Origin: a virus
Taxonomy: Duplodnaviria > Caudoviricetes
Length of the DNA stretch: 59,649 nucleotides
Reading direction: 5' to 3' (one strand)
IMG/VR virus record: IMGVR_UViG_3300029823_000290
Location: 1-59,649 of that record
Of the stretch, positions 56,247-59,649 are shown in pieces. Under the pieces are notes generated by a model, which did no database searches, was not told where the DNA came from, and saw nothing but the letters and a program-made list of their open reading frames with translations. The position numbers and the translations under genes were made by a program. Position 1 is the first letter of the stretch. Each line of letters begins with the position of its first letter.

Positions 56247-56930
56247 ATGTTTAATCAACGTCTACGTGAACTAAGAAAACAAAAAGGTATCAGCCAATAT
56301 GATCTTGCTGATCAGCTCGGCTTGTCACGTGGGCAAATAGCCAATTACGAGCAAGGAACAAGAGAACCAGACTACGATACCCTCCATAGATTTGCTGAAT
56401 ATTTTGATGTTACGGACGACTATTTGCTAGGTACCGAAGATAAAATACAAAGTAATTTTCGCAATCTACTGAAGAAATCTATTAGTATCTTGAAAGATGA
56501 ACGTGGGATGGGTACTCCAGAAGGAATAGTAGCAGTTTTACTTAAAACACTGGAACTATATGCAGTTACAAACGGAGTACCACTTAGTATGTTGCCGAAT
56601 GTTGAATTATTAGAATCCGAAAAAAAAGCTTTAATAAAAGAGCTTAATAATATCGCAGAAGCGGAGGATAATGATCCAGTTAAAGAAATGGCTGAACAAA
56701 TAAGAGAACTGTCTCCGCAGGGCCAAGATGCTATTAAATCAATGCTGGAAGCTTTAAAAACTAAAGATGATAAGACGACTATCGACGAGACTAGGAAACA
56801 CTGGGAACCACTTGCGGCCCATCGGGATGATAACCCTATGGATGATTTACCCGAAGACGCTATTCGTAGTATGGAAGCTGCCCAAAAAGCTTATTTAGAC
56901 GAATTCAAGAAAAAAAATGACCTGCTGTAA
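56247..56930 (+). CDS. CI/ImmR-like repressor
   Basis: RLRELRKQKGISQYDLADQLGLSRGQIANYEQGTREP; C-terminal LAAH motif. Confidence 0.9.
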   Translation: MFNQRLRELRKQKGISQYDLADQLGLSRGQIANYEQGTREPDYDTLHRFAEYFDVTDDYLLGTEDKIQSNFRNLLKKSISILKDERGMGTPEGIVAVLLKTLELYAVTNGVPLSMLPNVELLESEKKALIKELNNIAEAEDNDPVKEMAEQIRELSPQGQDAIKSMLEALKTKDDKTTIDETRKHWEPLAAHRDDNPMDDLPEDAIRSMEAAQKAYLDEFKKKNDLL

Positions 56931-56998
56931 AAAGCAGGTCGTTTTCATATTTACCCTTATCGACTTATTATATGTATATTCGACAAGAGGTGCTATTT

Positions 56999-57430
56999 AT
57001 GGAAGCAATGCTTGTAATCGCTGAAAAAGAGGGTATTAATATAAGATGGTGGAATTTTAATCCGCCTATTAGAGGAGCATATTGGGCACCTCCAGAAGTG
57101 CCACCGGTAATATTTTTAGATCATTCGCTTAATCATAATACACCCTTACTAAGATGTGTATTTGCAGAAGAACTAGGGCACCACTTTACTTTGGACAGAC
57201 ATTGCTTGTGCCAGCCATATTTCAATTACCGTGACAGGCTTGCTACATCAAAGGCCGAATATAAAGCACTTCGATGGGCTGCTAAGTATCTGATGCCAAA
57301 ACGGCAGATCTACGCAGCGATTAAAAGTGGCTATCAAGAAAGGTGGACTCTCGCAGATTACTTTAATGTAACAGAAGAGATGGTAACGTATCGGATTAAA
57401 TTGCCGGACATACAAACGATTACATGTTAA
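56999..57430 (+). CDS. ImmA/IrrE-family metallopeptidase (anti-repressor)
   Basis: AEELGHH, E.KA.RWAA..LMP and LADYFNVTEEMV..R motifs. Confidence 0.85.
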   Translation: MEAMLVIAEKEGINIRWWNFNPPIRGAYWAPPEVPPVIFLDHSLNHNTPLLRCVFAEELGHHFTLDRHCLCQPYFNYRDRLATSKAEYKALRWAAKYLMPKRQIYAAIKSGYQERWTLADYFNVTEEMVTYRIKLPDIQTITC

Positions 57431-57466
57431 TAATAAATTTAATGGGGAAGATGGGAGGAATAATAA

Positions 57467-58024
57467 ATGAAATCATGCCGGTCAATAGTAATGGTATTTT
57501 TAGCTTTGCTGATGATGAGCACAGTCCCAGGCTGTGGTGAGGAAAACGCAAACATCAATAGAGAGAAGCAGAACGCTGCAGTCGAGGTCAATAATCCTAA
57601 GGAGAATGCAACGAGTATTATTTTTAATGTGCTTAAGGTGGCAAATAAAACAGAATCTGAAGTCTCATCCCTTTTGGGTCAACCTACTTCAACTGAAGAT
57701 GGGAAATGGAGATACTCCGGTACACAGGAATGGATACCTAATTGTCCTACGAATACATATAAGGATGGAACCGAAATTAAATTCATCGATAGCAAAGCTG
57801 CCAGAATTACTATTATTCCGAGTACTCCAGTAAAATACCAAGAAGATCCATCTATTTTAAGTCAACTTGGCATTAATCCCATACCAGAAGATATTGATTG
57901 GGATAACGGCCCAAACTCTATTGTTTATGGTAACATACCTGACTTATATGAAATATCAGTTTTTACCAAAGATAACAATACCGTGGATTATATATATATA
58001 ATAACCGACGAATTATATAAATAG
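57467..58024 (+). CDS. Putative lipoprotein (possible superinfection exclusion)
   Basis: Signal peptide with lipobox VPG-C; located in the lysogeny operon. Confidence 0.7.
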   Translation: MKSCRSIVMVFLALLMMSTVPGCGEENANINREKQNAAVEVNNPKENATSIIFNVLKVANKTESEVSSLLGQPTSTEDGKWRYSGTQEWIPNCPTNTYKDGTEIKFIDSKAARITIIPSTPVKYQEDPSILSQLGINPIPEDIDWDNGPNSIVYGNIPDLYEISVFTKDNNTVDYIYIITDELYK

Positions 58025-58058
58025 AGACATAAAACAAAACCAATGGAGGCGATTCCCT

Positions 58059-59645
58059 TTGAAGAAGGCAGTAGCCTACGCCCGTTACAGCAGTGACAAT
58101 CAGAGCCCGGAAAGTATTGATGAACAGCTTTATGATATCCGAGATTGGGCTGCTAAAAATGACTGTGAGATTTTAAAAATATATACTGACGAAGCTGAAA
58201 CTGGTACCAGTGATGAGAATAGGGATGATTTTTTGAATATGATATCTGAGTCATCCGACATGGAATACGATTATGTTCTGGTGCATAAAACTAATCGTTT
58301 CGCACGAAATAAATGGGATGCCGCTATATATAAAAAGATGCTCCGTGAAAATGATAAAAAGGTAATTTATGTTACTCAGCCCATGCTGAATGAGGAAACC
58401 CCTGAAGCTATGATGCTTGAAACATTTTTTGAGGGTATGGATCAGTATTATTCGCTCGATCTGGCCAGAGAGGTCATGAAGGGGCATAAAAAGAATGCCC
58501 GGGCTTGTAAACATAATGGTGGATTGCCTGCTCTTGGCTTTGATGTGGATAAGGAGACTCAAACATATATTCTCAATGAACGGGAAGCCCATGCAGTGCA
58601 CAAAATATTTGAAATGTATGATGCCGGGTTAAGTTATGATGCAATTGTTAAGGATCTAAATTCTGCCGGTTATAAAACTAAAACCGGTAATCTGTTTTCT
58701 AAGAACTCAATCCATGACATCCTCCGGAATGAAAAATATCTTGGAATATACACTTATAACCGCCGGCCACACAAGGTTAAAGGTATGCGAAATAATCGCA
58801 AAGAAAAACCTGCTGAACAGGTAATTAGAATACCCGGTGGTATGCCTCAAATTATTGAGCAAAAGTTATGGGATCGAGTTCAGGCAAAAATAAATGGTAG
58901 GAAAAAAGGCACCGGTGAAGGAGAACGGAGCAGGTTAAAAGCAACTCGGCCCTATCTCCTTTCAGGTAAGATTTTCTGTGGTTTATGCGGTGCGGCAATG
59001 GTAGGAACATCAAAAAACTATTCTGAGAAAAAAATCAGATATGATTATTATATGTGCGGTAAACGTGACCGCCAGCATTCATGTAAATTAAAAATGATTC
59101 GTAAGGATATAATTGAGCGTCAAGTATTAGAGGAATTAGAGAATCGTTATCTAAACCCCAAAGTATTTCCTCAATTAGCAAAGGAGTTGCAGAAAGGTTT
59201 TAAAAACCTCGGTGGAGAATCAAATAAAGAAATTGTATACCTTAAAGCAGAACTGGCTAAAGTCCAGGTCAAGATTAATAATATGCTGGAGTTAATTGAG
59301 GATGGGGCTGCATCAAAAGAATTGGCAGCCCGGTTGGATCAGCGGGAATCAGAAAAAATTATATTAGTAAACCGTCTACAAGAAGCTGAGCACAAAACAA
59401 AAGCCAGCTCATTCACGTATGAAATGATACTGGCCTATTTATATAAGGAGTATGAAGCTCTTAAGGCAGATGATTCACTTACTACCAAAAGGCTACTTGA
59501 CCGTTACTTGATCAAGGTTTTTATATATGAAGAAGAGTTTGAAGCTACCTTCAAACTCTTTCTGTATACCACTGGTGGAGGCGGGGGGAGTCGAACCCCC
59601 GTCCGAAAGAAAGACCAGCCAGGTGTCTCCGAGCGCAGTCCGTGA
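58059..59645 (+). CDS. Large serine integrase (prophage-form C-terminus reads through att into antisense ssrA)
   Basis: AYARYSSDNQ, RFARN, LSGKIFCGLCG, YYMC..C and coiled-coil motifs. Confidence 0.95.
   Translation: MKKAVAYARYSSDNQSPESIDEQLYDIRDWAAKNDCEILKIYTDEAETGTSDENRDDFLNMISESSDMEYDYVLVHKTNRFARNKWDAAIYKKMLRENDKKVIYVTQPMLNEETPEAMMLETFFEGMDQYYSLDLAREVMKGHKKNARACKHNGGLPALGFDVDKETQTYILNEREAHAVHKIFEMYDAGLSYDAIVKDLNSAGYKTKTGNLFSKNSIHDILRNEKYLGIYTYNRRPHKVKGMRNNRKEKPAEQVIRIPGGMPQIIEQKLWDRVQAKINGRKKGTGEGERSRLKATRPYLLSGKIFCGLCGAAMVGTSKNYSEKKIRYDYYMCGKRDRQHSCKLKMIRKDIIERQVLEELENRYLNPKVFPQLAKELQKGFKNLGGESNKEIVYLKAELAKVQVKINNMLELIEDGAASKELAARLDQRESEKIILVNRLQEAEHKTKASSFTYEMILAYLYKEYEALKADDSLTTKRLLDRYLIKVFIYEEEFEATFKLFLYTTGGGGGSRTPVRKKDQPGVSERSP
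59533..59560 (-). terminator. 12-bp perfect hairpin within the integrase gene, just downstream of the ssrA 3' end
   Basis: AAGAGTTTGAAG-CTAC-CTTCAAACTCTT. Confidence 0.6.
59572..59586. repeat. Right attachment junction
   Basis: CTGGTGGAGGCGGGG matches 24407-24421. Confidence 0.9.
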
Positions 59646-59649
59646 TTTG
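59573..59649 (-). ncRNA. ssrA: tmRNA 3' end (partial)
   Basis: Minus strand ...GGACGGGGGTTCGACTCCCCCCGCCTCCACCA; the upstream sequence lacks a tRNA anticodon arm and fits the tmRNA 3' region. Confidence 0.85.

Larger units (their letters stand above)
24407..59586. mobile_element. Apparently complete temperate myophage (35,165 bp between att cores) integrated in ssrA
   Basis: Direct-repeat att cores, serine integrase, and immunity, replication, packaging, head, contractile tail and lysis modules. Confidence 0.92.

Noticed and set aside
57160-57185. ImmA with EELGH instead of HExxH, suggesting an inactive anti-repressor
   Set aside because: To my knowledge this variant is common among phage ImmA/IrrE-like proteins, so it is not evidence of inactivation.

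Overview
This is a Firmicutes (Clostridia-like; the taxon is my inference) region made of two adjacent mobile elements just downstream of the tmRNA gene. The 3' end of ssrA is at 59573-59649 on the minus strand. (1) <1-24406 is a defective prophage. A large in-frame deletion has fused its family-A DNA polymerase to the C-terminus of a tail protein and removed the packaging, head and most tail genes. It keeps a sigma-like regulator, a DUF2800 nuclease, a DUF2815 SSB, tail-tip genes, holin and amidase. It also carries a ~12 kb anti-phage cargo operon (Xre, ABC-three-component/Lamassu-like trio, type III R-M-like Mod/Res, OLD-nuclease plus UvrD Gabija-like pair), followed by an IS21 element with a 5-bp target duplication. 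(2) 24407-59586 is an apparently complete ~35.2 kb temperate myophage (HK97-type head, PBSX/Xkd-type contractile tail, CI/Cro/ImmA switch), integrated into ssrA by a large serine integrase. Most notable observations: the att site lies inside the integrase gene, so integration swaps the integrase C-terminus; a tRNA-Cys-like cloverleaf is embedded in-frame in an early gene; an SOS-box-linked structured leader with an anti-SD loop precedes a XerD-like recombinase; a switch-like leader precedes the phage sigma factor; and a beta-clamp-like protein co-occurs with several clamp-binding motifs. All calls come from reading motifs by eye; no database searches were run.
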